A DNA stretch of 64,000 nucleotides from Candidatus Amesbacteria bacterium GW2011_GWC2_45_19. GTDB lineage: Bacteria; Patescibacteriota; Microgenomatia; CAZETR01; Amesbacteraceae. Shown piece after piece: positions 27,222 to 37,455 of this stretch. A program made the position numbers and the translations under genes. Position 1 is the stretch's first letter. Each line of letters opens with the position of its first letter. The notes beneath the pieces are model-generated. The model saw only the letters and a list, made by a program, of their open reading frames with translations. It had not been told where the DNA came from and did no database searches. The stretch covers positions 36,130-100,129 of the forward strand of contig LCKS01000004.1 of the NCBI GenBank assembly GCA_001001555.1, written 5' to 3'.

Positions 27222-27827
27222 ATGGAACAGGGTGATGCGGGTGTTGCTGTTCCCGAAAAGGAAGCGGCCGATGAGACGTTAAGGCCTGTTGTTGACAGGT
27301 TGCTCCTTGACACGCATTTTCGGGAAGTTCCCCTCCCAGATAACTTTGATGGTTGGACTGGCGAAGATCTAAGGAAGCGCCCCAATGAATCTCTGAAGAG
27401 AATGCTTACCCAGGAGGCGGTTGGGGAAGTTCAACAGGCTTTGGGACTAAGTTTTGAATCTAAGTTTAGTGGTCACACTGGTCGCCCATTACCGAAGGCG
27501 GAGACAAAACAAGCTGTTCCTGATTATGAAAGTTGGTCTGCAAGACTAGAGGCTTTAAGAGGAGAAATGGGCGAGAAAGTAAATGAGGCGGAAGCACGAG
27601 GCGTGAGTGTTCCAAGATTTGACGCTGAAACGGGACAGCCCCTGCCCAAAAACTCATTAAGAGTTTATGAGGCCGTGCATGGCAGACGTCAGCCTCAAGA
27701 GGCACCTCCGTCTATGTCTGATCAAGAGGCTCTTGAAATGGGTCTTAGTGCCTTGAGGGAAATGAAGGCCATAAGGCGTGAAGACGAAGCTGCTAGGAAA
27801 TCCGGAGGACTACTGCCCAGATCGTGA
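27222..27827 (+). CDS. hypothetical acidic protein
   Basis: 201 aa, no recognisable motif; higher GC than the neighbouring cassette. Confidence 0.4.
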   Translation: MEQGDAGVAVPEKEAADETLRPVVDRLLLDTHFREVPLPDNFDGWTGEDLRKRPNESLKRMLTQEAVGEVQQALGLSFESKFSGHTGRPLPKAETKQAVPDYESWSARLEALRGEMGEKVNEAEARGVSVPRFDAETGQPLPKNSLRVYEAVHGRRQPQEAPPSMSDQEALEMGLSALREMKAIRREDEAARKSGGLLPRS

Positions 27828-27849
27828 GACGGTAATTTGGGTTACCAAC

Positions 27850-29262
27850 ATGTCAGAAACTACAACCTCAGAGGTTATGGTGCCAAAACAAGCTGCTGAA
27901 CTGGGATTAGAGTTGGTTTACACGGACGAAAGTTCGCACCCCCCATTTAACGTATTACCCAAAGCGTCTATCGGAATACAGAAAAACGGCGAGAAAGCAG
28001 AATTAATAAAAGTTAGCCCGGAACACGGGCGGGCGACGGCAGATGCCAGGCTATTGTCAACAGTCGTGTGGCGTGACGATTTTGGTATACCTTTTGGGTC
28101 GGTGGATTATAAGGGGAACGTCGTGGATGATGTGGTTATTGATACGGATCAAACCGATAAATTAAGGGTGTGTGGAATTAAAACAGGAAAGGTCACCAGA
28201 AGAATTATTGCGGCCTCTCGGGCCTTGAGAGGAATGGGGTTACCAACTGAGGCCATTTACAGGATGTATAAAATTACCTGGTTTCCCGAAAACGGTCGGC
28301 GGATAAGTCCAGAAGAATGGAGAAAACAACTACTAACAGAGCTTGAATCAGATATCGAATTTGCCAGAGAACAGCTGAGGAATCCCTCAACTTACGGCCA
28401 GAAAAAGGATGAACTAGAGGAGCTTTTGGCAAAAGCTGAAGAAGAGGTCAAATTTGTAAAAGGTTATTTGAAGCAGAATGACAATTTCTATGTTTTTGAA
28501 AGGCATCTACAAACACCGATTAGATTACGAGATATCCCGCACGCCAAGACCAAAAATGACTTTGAAAATCTGGCTAAGCAGAGCATGGAGTGGCTTGACA
28601 AAATTCTAACCAGGAGACAACGAGCGAAAACTCCGGTCTGGAATAAGTTGTTACGTAAATCTAAAGACTTATGTTTTGCGCTTTGGCCCTTTTCAGGAGA
28701 CGAAAAATTTGATTTTAATAACTCGGATCATTTATCTCGAGTGTTTGTTGAGTGGCTACCTGCTCAAATGGGACAATACTTAGCGAGGCTACATAAAAAT
28801 GGCTTGATTCATGGTTTTCCCCACTCACAAAACTGGTCCTTGGGAAGTCTTTACGACTTAGACAGTGTGTATGGCCCTGCGTTGGGAGATAACCCGAGAA
28901 CCGAAGATAATTTTGTAAAGGATGTAGAGATTGCGGCAAGAGCCGTCATGGATATCTTTGCTGTACGGGCCCCAGGTTTTGACTGTGTGGGATTGACGGC
29001 AAGTCACTATCTGGCTCAGACGATTCTTGGGCAAAACAAAGATGAACTGCCTTTGGTAAAAGCTGTAGCTAACTTTGAATACGGCTACTTGGAGGCAAGA
29101 TTTAGGAAAAAGCTGACTCCTGCGAATGTTGATGGGTATGTCAGGAGGTATATGCCCCAAGTAAAGGTCGGCGGAGACGTTGTGAGAAGTTGGGCTGCCG
29201 TAAATGAGAGAATTATTAATTTGATTAAGTCTAAACTTTTGGTCTTGCGGGAGACGGGGTGA
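27850..29262 (+). CDS. hypothetical large protein (weak kinase-like HG..H..N / DLD signature, central coiled coil)
   Basis: Probable start at MSETTT after the upstream stop (the track start 27778 overlaps the previous gene); LARLHKNGLIHGFPHSQNWSLGSLYDLDSVYG. Confidence 0.45.
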   Translation: MSETTTSEVMVPKQAAELGLELVYTDESSHPPFNVLPKASIGIQKNGEKAELIKVSPEHGRATADARLLSTVVWRDDFGIPFGSVDYKGNVVDDVVIDTDQTDKLRVCGIKTGKVTRRIIAASRALRGMGLPTEAIYRMYKITWFPENGRRISPEEWRKQLLTELESDIEFAREQLRNPSTYGQKKDELEELLAKAEEEVKFVKGYLKQNDNFYVFERHLQTPIRLRDIPHAKTKNDFENLAKQSMEWLDKILTRRQRAKTPVWNKLLRKSKDLCFALWPFSGDEKFDFNNSDHLSRVFVEWLPAQMGQYLARLHKNGLIHGFPHSQNWSLGSLYDLDSVYGPALGDNPRTEDNFVKDVEIAARAVMDIFAVRAPGFDCVGLTASHYLAQTILGQNKDELPLVKAVANFEYGYLEARFRKKLTPANVDGYVRRYMPQVKVGGDVVRSWAAVNERIINLIKSKLLVLRETG

Positions 29263-29265
29263 TAT

Positions 29266-30096
29266 TTAAGATCTTTCAAACTCTTCCAGTATTTGTTTTT
29301 GGCGGTGGGAGAGGTGGGTGGGGAAATCGATGATGAGACGGATATAGAAATCGCCGCGGTTGGCTACTCCACGGCCGGCCAGGCGAACCATGGTACCGGG
29401 TTGGGTGCCGGGGCGGATTTTAAGCTTTAAGTCCGCGTCTAAGGTAGGGACACTTGTGGTCCCTCCGAGAATAGCCAGGGTGAAAGGAATTTTGTGGTCT
29501 ATATAGATGTCTGCCCCATCGCGGCGGAAAATTAGATCCGGCTCAACTTCAAAAGTAATATCAAAATCGGTAAAACGCAGATGAGTACCGGTATCAGCGC
29601 CGGCGGGAATTTTAATAGCGTGGGTCCGGCCGTCAATGGTGACGCTTTCGGTACCGCCTGAAACTGCCGTTTTAAAAGGAATGCGCAAAGAATAATGAGG
29701 CTTGGCAGGCCGGCTGCGGCCAAAGGGCGAAGCGCCGCCAAAAAATTGTTCAAATATTTCAAAAGGATCGCCCATGTCCCCGAAAGGATTTTGTCCGCCT
29801 CCAGAAGTTGAATAGTAATATTGGAAAGGGCCTTGCTGTTGCCCGGCAAAGCCGGATCCGCCGGAAAAACCACCGGGCGGAGTGTGGCCGAATTGGTCAT
29901 AAGTTTGCTTCTTTTGAGAGTCGGAAAGAACTTGATAAGCCTCGTTTATTTCTTTGAACTTCTCTTCGGCTTCGGGAGACTTATTTTTGTCCGGGTGCCA
30001 CTGCATGGCCATTTTGCGGTAGGCAGATTTGATCTGGGCATCGGAAGCGCCTTTAGAAACACCTAAAATATCATAATAATCACGCTTAGCGGCCAT
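29266..30096 (-). CDS. dnaJ: DnaJ-like co-chaperone (J domain + G/F region + C-terminal domain, no zinc finger)
   Basis: DYYDILGV...HPDKN J domain with HPD; 276 aa. Confidence 0.8.
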   Translation of the reverse strand: MAAKRDYYDILGVSKGASDAQIKSAYRKMAMQWHPDKNKSPEAEEKFKEINEAYQVLSDSQKKQTYDQFGHTPPGGFSGGSGFAGQQQGPFQYYYSTSGGGQNPFGDMGDPFEIFEQFFGGASPFGRSRPAKPHYSLRIPFKTAVSGGTESVTIDGRTHAIKIPAGADTGTHLRFTDFDITFEVEPDLIFRRDGADIYIDHKIPFTLAILGGTTSVPTLDADLKLKIRPGTQPGTMVRLAGRGVANRGDFYIRLIIDFPTHLSHRQKQILEEFERS

Positions 30097-30211
30097 AGTT
30101 CAGCTTGACATTCTATGCTATTATAAATGTTGACAAGTAATTCCCCATGCGTGGGCTGCCGGAATGGTTGCTCGAATATAGCGTGTGGGGTTTTGTCATT
30201 TTTACGGAACT

Positions 30212-30847
30212 TCAAGCAAACAGAGAGCTTTCTCCGATAATCAGGGACTTAATAATATCATAGTAACTGCTGTCTCCATATTCGTACTTTCTAAAAATTG
30301 ACCAGCTAATAAAATCGGTCGCTTGTAAAGACTTCTCTTCGTGGGGAGTTTTTATTATTACCTGTAGTTTGTGTTTATGATTCACCTTGATCTTATCAGC
30401 CAGGTACGATTTGAAATTTTCGTTCAAAAAACGATTTGTTTCCTTTCTGGAAGCTATCAGTGTTAAATTGTCCAGAGGAACTAACTTATTTTCATAAATT
30501 CTATTCAATAGGATATTAGTTACATAGTTGTACAAGACACTCTTCTCTTCTTGAAGTTTGGTATAAACTTTCTTCTTGTTTAGATATATAACCATAATTT
30601 GGCAGTCTCTGCCTGCCAATTCCCGAAGTAATCGGAATCTGGTTGTGGGCGACTCTTTATGACAATGAAGCACTCCGCTTTTCTTTTTGTGAATTTTTTT
30701 AAGTCCCGTATGAATTTTTGATACTAATTTTTCAATTAGGCGTTTTTCCTTGCAAAATAGAAATGTGACCAAAAACCATTGAGTGGTTCTCTTTTTGCTA
30801 AAGTCAAAACCTAAGTCTCCACTCTCATCCATGAATATATACGCCAT
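30212..30847 (-). CDS. DUF3800 family protein
   Basis: N-terminal MAYIFMDESGDLGF (DESG motif); strongly AT-rich; the track start 30886 probably extends too far. Confidence 0.5.
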   Translation of the reverse strand: MAYIFMDESGDLGFDFSKKRTTQWFLVTFLFCKEKRLIEKLVSKIHTGLKKIHKKKSGVLHCHKESPTTRFRLLRELAGRDCQIMVIYLNKKKVYTKLQEEKSVLYNYVTNILLNRIYENKLVPLDNLTLIASRKETNRFLNENFKSYLADKIKVNHKHKLQVIIKTPHEEKSLQATDFISWSIFRKYEYGDSSYYDIIKSLIIGESSLFA

Positions 30848-31188
30848 CTTACTGGCAATTGTACCCCGCGAGTGCCAAATTGACAAATTTTAAACATTGA
30901 GTAAGATACGAATATATGAGTTCTCAAATCGAATATGTGCTAACACGAGAAAGAGGCACTTGGGTTGATTGGTTTGTTCGGATAACATCGGTGGGGTTTT
31001 TGGGTTGGGAGAAAAATCTGGTTTCTAATACATGGGGAATGACATCTGGACCCGATGTTTCTGCGCCCAGAAAATCAGGGAGTTTCTATTGGTGGTTTTT
31101 TGGTCTGGGATGAAAGTAGAGATTGTGGAAAAGACCGAAGGTTGATACAATTGAAGAAAGCTAATTGGCTTTATTTTTTTGACCTCTT

Positions 31189-33333
31189 ATGGCTGATGTA
31201 AAGACTACTAACAGGATGGTGCCGTTGGATCGGGTGCGCAACATTGGCATAATTGCCCATATCGACGCCGGAAAGACGACGACAACCGAAAGAATTTTGT
31301 TTTACACCGGGAAAAGTTACAAGATTGGAGATATTGACGAAGGAGACACACAAATGGACTGGATGGAGCAGGAAAGAGAACGAGGAATCACCATTGTTTC
31401 GGCTGCAACTACAACCTTTTGGACAGTAAACGACGCAAATTCTCCAGTGGAGGCGGGGTCGTATCGGATAAATATCATCGACACGCCCGGACACATTGAT
31501 TTTACGGCAGAAGTAGAACGGAGCTTACGGGTATTGGATGGGGCAGTAACTGTTTTGGACGCGGAAGAAACGGTACAGTCGCAGACAGAAACGGTGTGGC
31601 GGCAGGCGGACAAATATAAAGTCCCGCGGATAATTTTTGTGAATAAAGTGGATAAACTGGGAGCCAATTTCGAAGGGACAGTCAAAGCAGTCATCGACAG
31701 GCTAGGGGCCAACCCGGCGGTCATGGCCTATCCCATTGGAGTTGAAAATACTTTCCGGGGGGTAGTTCTACTTTTGGAGCGCAAGGCTTTAATTTGGCAG
31801 GGTGACGAAACCGGGGCCAAATTTGTAGAGGAAGAAGTGCCGGCAGAGATGAAAGAAGTGGTAGAGAAATGGCGCAGCCAGTTAATTGAGCAGATTTCAG
31901 AAACAGACGATGACTTGCTAAATAAATTCCTGGCCGGAGAAGAGCCGAGCATTACGGAGCTAAAAACTGCCCTAAGAAAAGCCACTATTGCCTATAAATT
32001 GGTACCCATATACTCGGGGGCATCACTTCGCAATAAAGGGGTGCAGCCGCTTCTGGACGCAGTGGTGGAGTATCTGCCCTCCCCGGTTGACATTGACCAG
32101 GCAAAGGGAGTCAACCCCAAAACTGGGGGTGAAGAGGTCAGAAAAACTATTAATGAAGAAAAATTCTGCGGGCTGGCGTTTAAGATCCAGACCGACCCGC
32201 ATGTGGGACGGCTGACTTATCTGCGGATTTATTCAGGAAAACTCACGGCCGGGCAGGGAGTGTATAACGCCACCAAAGACAAGGAAGAGCGGATTTCCCG
32301 AATGCTTCTGATGCACGCTAACAAGCGGGAAGAGATAGACGCGGCCTACACGGGAGAGATTGTGGCTCTGGTGGGGCTGCGGGAGACGAGTACAGGACAT
32401 ACTCTATGCGACAAAAGCGCACCAATTGTACTCGAGTCTATTACGTTTTCGGAACCGGTTATTTCTTTAGCTATCGAGCCAAAAACTAAACAGGATCAGG
32501 AAAAGATGGGGTTGGCTCTGAATAAATTATCGGACGAGGATCCAACTTTCCGGATCAAGTCTAACCTGGAAACAGGACAGACGATTATTTCCGGAATGGG
32601 AGAATTGCATTTGGAAATTATCGTGGACCGGATGAAACGGGAGTTTGGAGTGGAAGCGACCACGGGAGCTCCCCAGGTGGCATACAAAGAAACTGTCAGA
32701 AAAGCCGCTGAGGCGGAAGGAAAATATATCCGCCAGTCCGGTGGCCGGGGACAATATGGCCATTGCTGGTTGAGACTTGAACCGTTACCCCGAGGCGCAG
32801 GGTTTGAATTTGAGGACGAGATTAAGGGTGGGGCAATTCCAGCAGAATTCATCCCGGCTATTGAAAAAGGGGTCAAGGAAGCTATGGAAAATGGAGTATT
32901 GGCGGGTTTTCCGGGAGTAGATATGAAAGTCGCCTTATTCGACGGAACTTATCACGATGTGGATTCTTCGGAAATGGCGTTTAAAATTGCCGGTTCAATG
33001 GCGTTTCAACATGGGGTGAAATTGGCCGATCCGTGCCTTTTAGAGCCGATCATGAAGGTGGAAGTGTCCACCCCCGAAGACTATATGGGGGATGTAATTG
33101 GTGACTTGTCCAGCAAGCGGGCGCAGATTTTGGGAACTGACAAGCGGGGGCACTTAACCATTATTAACGCTTTTGTGCCCTTGGCCGAACTATCAGGTTA
33201 TGCTACCAAACTGCGGTCCATGTCCCAAGGCCGGGCCACCTATTATATGGAGCCATCCCACTATGAAGAAGTGCCCAAAAACATCGCCGAGAACATCATT
33301 GCTAAATCTGGTAAAGTGACAGCAAATGCTTAA
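31189..33333 (+). CDS. fusA: elongation factor G
   Basis: [27 protein letters not shown]; 714 aa. Confidence 0.9.
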   Translation: MADVKTTNRMVPLDRVRNIGIIAHIDAGKTTTTERILFYTGKSYKIGDIDEGDTQMDWMEQERERGITIVSAATTTFWTVNDANSPVEAGSYRINIIDTPGHIDFTAEVERSLRVLDGAVTVLDAEETVQSQTETVWRQADKYKVPRIIFVNKVDKLGANFEGTVKAVIDRLGANPAVMAYPIGVENTFRGVVLLLERKALIWQGDETGAKFVEEEVPAEMKEVVEKWRSQLIEQISETDDDLLNKFLAGEEPSITELKTALRKATIAYKLVPIYSGASLRNKGVQPLLDAVVEYLPSPVDIDQAKGVNPKTGGEEVRKTINEEKFCGLAFKIQTDPHVGRLTYLRIYSGKLTAGQGVYNATKDKEERISRMLLMHANKREEIDAAYTGEIVALVGLRETSTGHTLCDKSAPIVLESITFSEPVISLAIEPKTKQDQEKMGLALNKLSDEDPTFRIKSNLETGQTIISGMGELHLEIIVDRMKREFGVEATTGAPQVAYKETVRKAAEAEGKYIRQSGGRGQYGHCWLRLEPLPRGAGFEFEDEIKGGAIPAEFIPAIEKGVKEAMENGVLAGFPGVDMKVALFDGTYHDVDSSEMAFKIAGSMAFQHGVKLADPCLLEPIMKVEVSTPEDYMGDVIGDLSSKRAQILGTDKRGHLTIINAFVPLAELSGYATKLRSMSQGRATYYMEPSHYEEVPKNIAENIIAKSGKVTANA

Positions 33334-33898
33334 GTGGATAATTGGGATATTAATTTTGGTCGGCGGCGGAGTATGGCTGGTGAGCGGGCGGGGCGGTTTG
33401 CCGGGGGAAGCGGTGGCGGATCAGGGAAGAGAACATCGGGACCATGGCAAACTGGATGAGTTTAAATATAACTCTAATCCCCCCGCTTCCGGTCCGCATG
33501 ATGCGGATTGGATACGGCCGGGGGTTTATGGCGAGGCGCAGGATAAATACAAGTTAATCCATTCACTGGAACACGGATATGTGGTCGTGCACTATAACTG
33601 TGCAAAAGCCCTCAGCGCTCAGCCCTCAACGCTCAGTGTGAGCGCACATGAAGATAACGAGGTGGCAACGGATAGTGGAACAATTAAGACTGATTGTGCT
33701 TTGGGCCAACAATTGGCTGATTTTGCCAAGAAAATGGAGTTAAAAAAACTCATTGTCCAACCTAATCCGACGATTGATAAACCAATCATTATGGTGGCCT
33801 GGGACAGGATACTAAAAATGGATACATTTGACGAAAAGCTGGCAGAAAAATTCGTCAAAGCTTTCCGCAATAAAGGCCCGGAAGCAACAATGGAATAA
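33326..33898 (+). CDS. DUF3105 domain membrane-anchored protein
   Basis: TM then [10 protein letters not shown] and [11 protein letters not shown] motifs typical of DUF3105; overlaps the fusA stop by 8 nt. Confidence 0.55.
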   Translation: MLKWIIGILILVGGGVWLVSGRGGLPGEAVADQGREHRDHGKLDEFKYNSNPPASGPHDADWIRPGVYGEAQDKYKLIHSLEHGYVVVHYNCAKALSAQPSTLSVSAHEDNEVATDSGTIKTDCALGQQLADFAKKMELKKLIVQPNPTIDKPIIMVAWDRILKMDTFDEKLAEKFVKAFRNKGPEATME

Positions 33899-33906
33899 TT
33901 TGGGAC

Positions 33907-33935
33907 TTGCGTAGAAAAATCATTTCGTTTAGAAT
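33907..33935 (+). promoter_or_regulatory. sigma70-like promoter TTGCGT-N17-TAGAAT upstream of tuf with about 6-nt leader
   Basis: ttgcgtagaaaaatcatttcgtttagaat, then the ATG at 33948. Confidence 0.4.
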
Positions 33936-33947
33936 TGAGGGCATCAT

Positions 33948-35126
33948 ATGGCTACTTTTGTCAGAAATAAACCCCACGTCAATATCGGAACCATTGGTCA
34001 TGTAGATCATGGGAAGACGACTTTGACGTCCGCTATTACCGTGGTGTTGGCCAAAAAAGGGATGGCCACTGCCAAGAGATATAATGAGATCGATTCGGCT
34101 CCGGAAGAAAAGGCCCGGGGAGTGACCATTAACCTGTCCCATCAGGAATACGAAACTGAGAAAAGACACTACGCCCACATTGATGCTCCGGGGCACGCCG
34201 ACTACATCAAGAACATGATTACGGGCGCAGCCCAGATGGACGGGGCCATTTTAGTGGTGTCCGCTCCGGACGGACCCATGCCGCAAACCCGGGAACACAT
34301 TCTGCTGGCCAAACAGGTAAATGTGCCGGCTATTGTGGTCTTTTTGAACAAATGTGACATGGTGGACGACCCGGAGCTATTAGATCTGGTGGAAATGGAA
34401 GTCCGAGAACTATTAACTAAATATGGATTCCCCGGCAATGACGTGCCTATCATCCGCGGGTCGGCATTAAAGGCTACCGAAGGAGACGCCAAAGCGGAAG
34501 AAGCGGTTTTAGAACTTATTAAGAAGGTGGATGAATATATTCCCGACCCGGTGCGCGAACTGGATAAGCCGTTTTTGATGCCGGTAGAGGATGTCTTTTC
34601 TATCAAGGGCCGGGGAACGGTGGTCACGGGCCGGATCGAGCGCGGAAAAGTGAAAATTAACGACACGATTGAAATTGTAGGCATCAAGGCTACCCAGTCT
34701 ACGGTGGTTACGGGCGTGGAAATGTTTAGAAAACAACTGGACGAGGGATTGGCCGGAGACAATGTGGGAATACTGCTAAGGGGAATTGAAAAGGATCAAG
34801 TAGAGAGGGGCCAAGTCTTGGCCAAGCCAGGCACGGTTACTCCACATACTGAATTTGAAGCTGAAGTATACGTTTTGACCAAAGAGGAGGGCGGGCGGCA
34901 CACGTCTTTCTTTTCGGGATACCGGCCCCAGTTCTACATCCGGACCACTGACGTGACCGGCGAAGTGACATTGGCGGCTGGAGTAGAGATGGTCATGCCC
35001 GGAGACAACGCCAAAGTGAAAGTAAAGCTAATTGCTCCGGTAGCTTTGGAAGAGGGACTGCGGTTTGCTATCCGTGAAGGCGGCAAGACCGTGGGTGCAG
35101 GCGCGGTGACCAAGATCATCGCATAA
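33948..35126 (+). CDS. tuf: elongation factor Tu
   Basis: [23 protein letters not shown]; 392 aa. Confidence 0.95.
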   Translation: MATFVRNKPHVNIGTIGHVDHGKTTLTSAITVVLAKKGMATAKRYNEIDSAPEEKARGVTINLSHQEYETEKRHYAHIDAPGHADYIKNMITGAAQMDGAILVVSAPDGPMPQTREHILLAKQVNVPAIVVFLNKCDMVDDPELLDLVEMEVRELLTKYGFPGNDVPIIRGSALKATEGDAKAEEAVLELIKKVDEYIPDPVRELDKPFLMPVEDVFSIKGRGTVVTGRIERGKVKINDTIEIVGIKATQSTVVTGVEMFRKQLDEGLAGDNVGILLRGIEKDQVERGQVLAKPGTVTPHTEFEAEVYVLTKEEGGRHTSFFSGYRPQFYIRTTDVTGEVTLAAGVEMVMPGDNAKVKVKLIAPVALEEGLRFAIREGGKTVGAGAVTKIIA

Positions 35127-35145
35127 AACTTATTAGCACTTTAAT

Positions 35146-35454
35146 ATGGCAAAAGGAAGACTACGAGTCCGGCTGAAGTCTTTTGACCATCGGGTCGTAG
35201 ACGAAACAGCCGCCAAGATACTAGAAACGGCTTTGGCCACTGGGGCTAAAGTATCGGGTCCGGTTCCTTTGCCGACTGACCGAAAATTAATTGTGGTGAC
35301 GTCCTCGCCCCATGTGGACAAAAACGCCCGGGAACACTTTGAGATGCTGGTGCACAAACGCTTGATTGATATTCTGGACCCTACACCCAAAACAATAGAG
35401 TCTCTTTCCAACCTGGAACTGCCGGCGGGAGTGGATATTGAGATCAAGATGTAA
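35146..35454 (+). CDS. rpsJ: 30S ribosomal protein S10
   Basis: [23 protein letters not shown]; 102 aa. Confidence 0.9.
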   Translation: MAKGRLRVRLKSFDHRVVDETAAKILETALATGAKVSGPVPLPTDRKLIVVTSSPHVDKNAREHFEMLVHKRLIDILDPTPKTIESLSNLELPAGVDIEIKM

Positions 35455-35462
35455 AAAGCCCG

Positions 35463-35780
35463 CTATTCATTCGTGGTTGTTCCATGGCTAATTTTGGCAG
35501 ACCGGATGCGAACTTGATGGGGAGAGACAATAACAATATTTTGGCGATAATTTTTTTCATTTAGTTGTGACAGTAACTGAAAAACTCTTTGATTAATCAA
35601 TTTAATTGATAACTCGTTGGGAAAGCGGAGAACGGCCTTCTTTTGTTGAGCGAAGGAGAATATTTCCGAGTCCGAATAGCCTCGCAAGCCGTGGTCACGG
35701 ATATCGAACACGGTAAAGCCTAGGGACTCAAGAACTGGTTTTAGCGATCGATGGAGGTCCTCGTCAATTACGGCATTCAT
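35463..35780 (-). CDS. DUF5615 (PIN-like) putative toxin
   Basis: MNAVIDEDLHRSL...GFTVFDIRDHGLRGYSDSEIFSFAQQKKAVL matches the DUF5615 pattern. Confidence 0.6.
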   Translation of the reverse strand: MNAVIDEDLHRSLKPVLESLGFTVFDIRDHGLRGYSDSEIFSFAQQKKAVLRFPNELSIKLINQRVFQLLSQLNEKNYRQNIVIVSPHQVRIRSAKISHGTTTNE

Positions 35781-36010
35781 GCCGATAAAAATCGTTCTGA
35801 AGAGACAATGGCTGCGGCGTATTGGAGCGCGGCCATGACTTGCTCCCGAGTCAAGTCATACTCGCCTCTAACCGCCTCAATTTCCATACCGCCTGCGATT
35901 TTCCCCACTACCAACTCTACTGGTACTCTCGTGCCGGCAATTACCGGTTTACCAAACCGCACCTTAGGATCAACCTTAATCAACTTTTTGAGTTTAGGAG
36001 TCATGCTCAC
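35777..36010 (-). CDS. DUF433 putative antitoxin
   Basis: DPKVRFGKPVIAGTRVPVELVVGKIAGGMEIEAVRGEYDLTREQVMAAL is the DUF433 signature; 4-nt overlap with the DUF5615 gene. Confidence 0.65.
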   Translation of the reverse strand: MSMTPKLKKLIKVDPKVRFGKPVIAGTRVPVELVVGKIAGGMEIEAVRGEYDLTREQVMAALQYAAAIVSSERFLSA

Positions 36011-36065
36011 TGTGAGAATACAGGGCGCATACTGCGGATAACGTAAGTGCGGACGGCGAACTTTA

Positions 36066-36090
36066 GAAAGTGCTTTCCGGCACTTTTTTT
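36066..36090 (+). terminator. terminator-like hairpin AAAGTGC-tttccg-GCACTTT followed by T7, immediately upstream of rplC start
   Basis: 7-bp perfect stem plus a TTTTTTT run on the plus strand; it could insulate the rp operon from antisense TA transcription, or attenuate. Confidence 0.4.
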
Positions 36091-36096
36091 GTGCAT

Positions 36097-36627
36097 ATGT
36101 TGAATACTATTTTTGCCAAAAAAAAGGAAATGACCATGAGATATACCTCCGATGGAAGGCAGGCGGGGGTAACTTTGCTTTCCATATTACCCACGACTGA
36201 TGCCGGGACACGTACTGTTGAAAAACACGGGTATGCCGCCCAAATTCTTAAAATTCAAATGACAAATAACAAATATCAAATAAAAGAAGTCCGCAACGTA
36301 AAAGAGGCGGACTTTTTAGTTGGGGATGTAGTGAAAGTAAGAGGAGTGTCTAAGGGCAAAGGGTTTGCCGGGGTGGTAAAAAGACACGGATTTGCCGGCG
36401 GACCCAGAACCCACGGCCAATCTGACCGCGAAAGAGCTCCCGGATCCATCGGACAAACGACCACTCCGGGACGGGTGTACCGGGGAAAGAGAATGGCGGG
36501 CAGAATGGGTGGAGAAACTGTGACCACAAAGGGGCTCAAAGTTTTGGATATTAACGAAAAAGAGATAGCGATTATTGGAGCGATACCGGGACACCGAGGA
36601 ACGCTGGTCAGGATTACAAAAATATGA
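36097..36627 (+). CDS. rplC: 50S ribosomal protein L3
   Basis: Start chosen at ATG MLNTIFAKKKEMTMRY (the track begins at an upstream GTG); GFAGGPRTHGQSDRE..GR L3 motifs. Confidence 0.85.
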   Translation: MLNTIFAKKKEMTMRYTSDGRQAGVTLLSILPTTDAGTRTVEKHGYAAQILKIQMTNNKYQIKEVRNVKEADFLVGDVVKVRGVSKGKGFAGVVKRHGFAGGPRTHGQSDRERAPGSIGQTTTPGRVYRGKRMAGRMGGETVTTKGLKVLDINEKEIAIIGAIPGHRGTLVRITKI

Positions 36628-37238
36628 TTTCAGCTGTAACATACAACTTGAAGGGAGAAAAGGTTGAGTCAACTTCCCTGCCTGGTTCTATTTTTGAAAT
36701 TAAGGTCAAACCAGTTTTGCTGGCTCAAGCGGTACGGGTGTGGCTGTCTAACCAGCGGCGGGGAATGGCAAAAACCAAGACCCGAAGTGAGGTAGCCAAA
36801 ACAACGGCCAAAATGTATAGGCAAAAAGGCACAGGCCGGGCCAGACATGGATCTTATGCGGCTCCAATTTTCGTGGGGGGAGGCATAGCCCACGGTCCGT
36901 CAGGGAAACAAAACTACAAATTGAGCCTGCCGGCAAAAATGCGCCGGCTGGCCCTACTGGGAGCGTTGTCTGTCAAGGCTAAGGCCAAAGAGATACTAAT
37001 TGTTGAGGGAGTGGATAAGGCATTGGGGAAAACCAAACAATTAGCTTGGCTCCCCGCAGGCAAGAAACTGGTAATAATGGAGGGCGGCCAGACAAAATTC
37101 AAGCGGGCAATTCGCAATCTGGAACAAACCAGCGTCAGGGGACCGGAGAGCCTGTCGGCGTATGAGGTGTTGGCACACAAACAATTGGTTTTGACCAAAG
37201 AAGTTATTTCGAGCATTAAGAAAATATATGCTGCTTAA
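36624..37238 (+). CDS. rplD: 50S ribosomal protein L4
   Basis: 204 aa, uL4 composition; overlaps rplC/rplW. Confidence 0.85.
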   Translation: MISAVTYNLKGEKVESTSLPGSIFEIKVKPVLLAQAVRVWLSNQRRGMAKTKTRSEVAKTTAKMYRQKGTGRARHGSYAAPIFVGGGIAHGPSGKQNYKLSLPAKMRRLALLGALSVKAKAKEILIVEGVDKALGKTKQLAWLPAGKKLVIMEGGQTKFKRAIRNLEQTSVRGPESLSAYEVLAHKQLVLTKEVISSIKKIYAA

Positions 37239-37455
37239 AGCCATCATCACGGAAAAGTCTATGCGGGAAGCCCAAAACAAAAGATATACTTTTGGGGTGA
37301 CTCCGGCAGCCACCAAGTCGGGGATAAAAAGGACTGTAGAAAAGATGTTTGGAGTAAAAGTGTTAAGAGTGCACACCTTGCGGTCAGGCGGCAAAAAAAA
37401 GGCGATCGTGCAGATTAATTCCCAGCAAAGCATTGACTTATGGAAAAGAGATTAA
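37228..37455 (+). CDS. rplW: 50S ribosomal protein L23 (short)
   Basis: LLKAIITEKSMREAQNKRYTFGV. Confidence 0.8.
   Translation: MLLKAIITEKSMREAQNKRYTFGVTPAATKSGIKRTVEKMFGVKVLRVHTLRSGGKKKAIVQINSQQSIDLWKRD

Noticed and set aside
36070-36096. GTG-initiated N-extension of rplC in the track (MLSGTFFVH)
   Set aside because: The extension is encoded by the terminator hairpin itself, and the downstream ATG gives the canonical L3 N-terminus.
36011-36096. Possible rpsJ 3'-end remnant after the DUF433/DUF5615 insertion (by analogy to the other four cassettes)
   Set aside because: Translations of all three plus-strand frames show no similarity to the S10 C-terminus, so the pattern does not hold at this locus.
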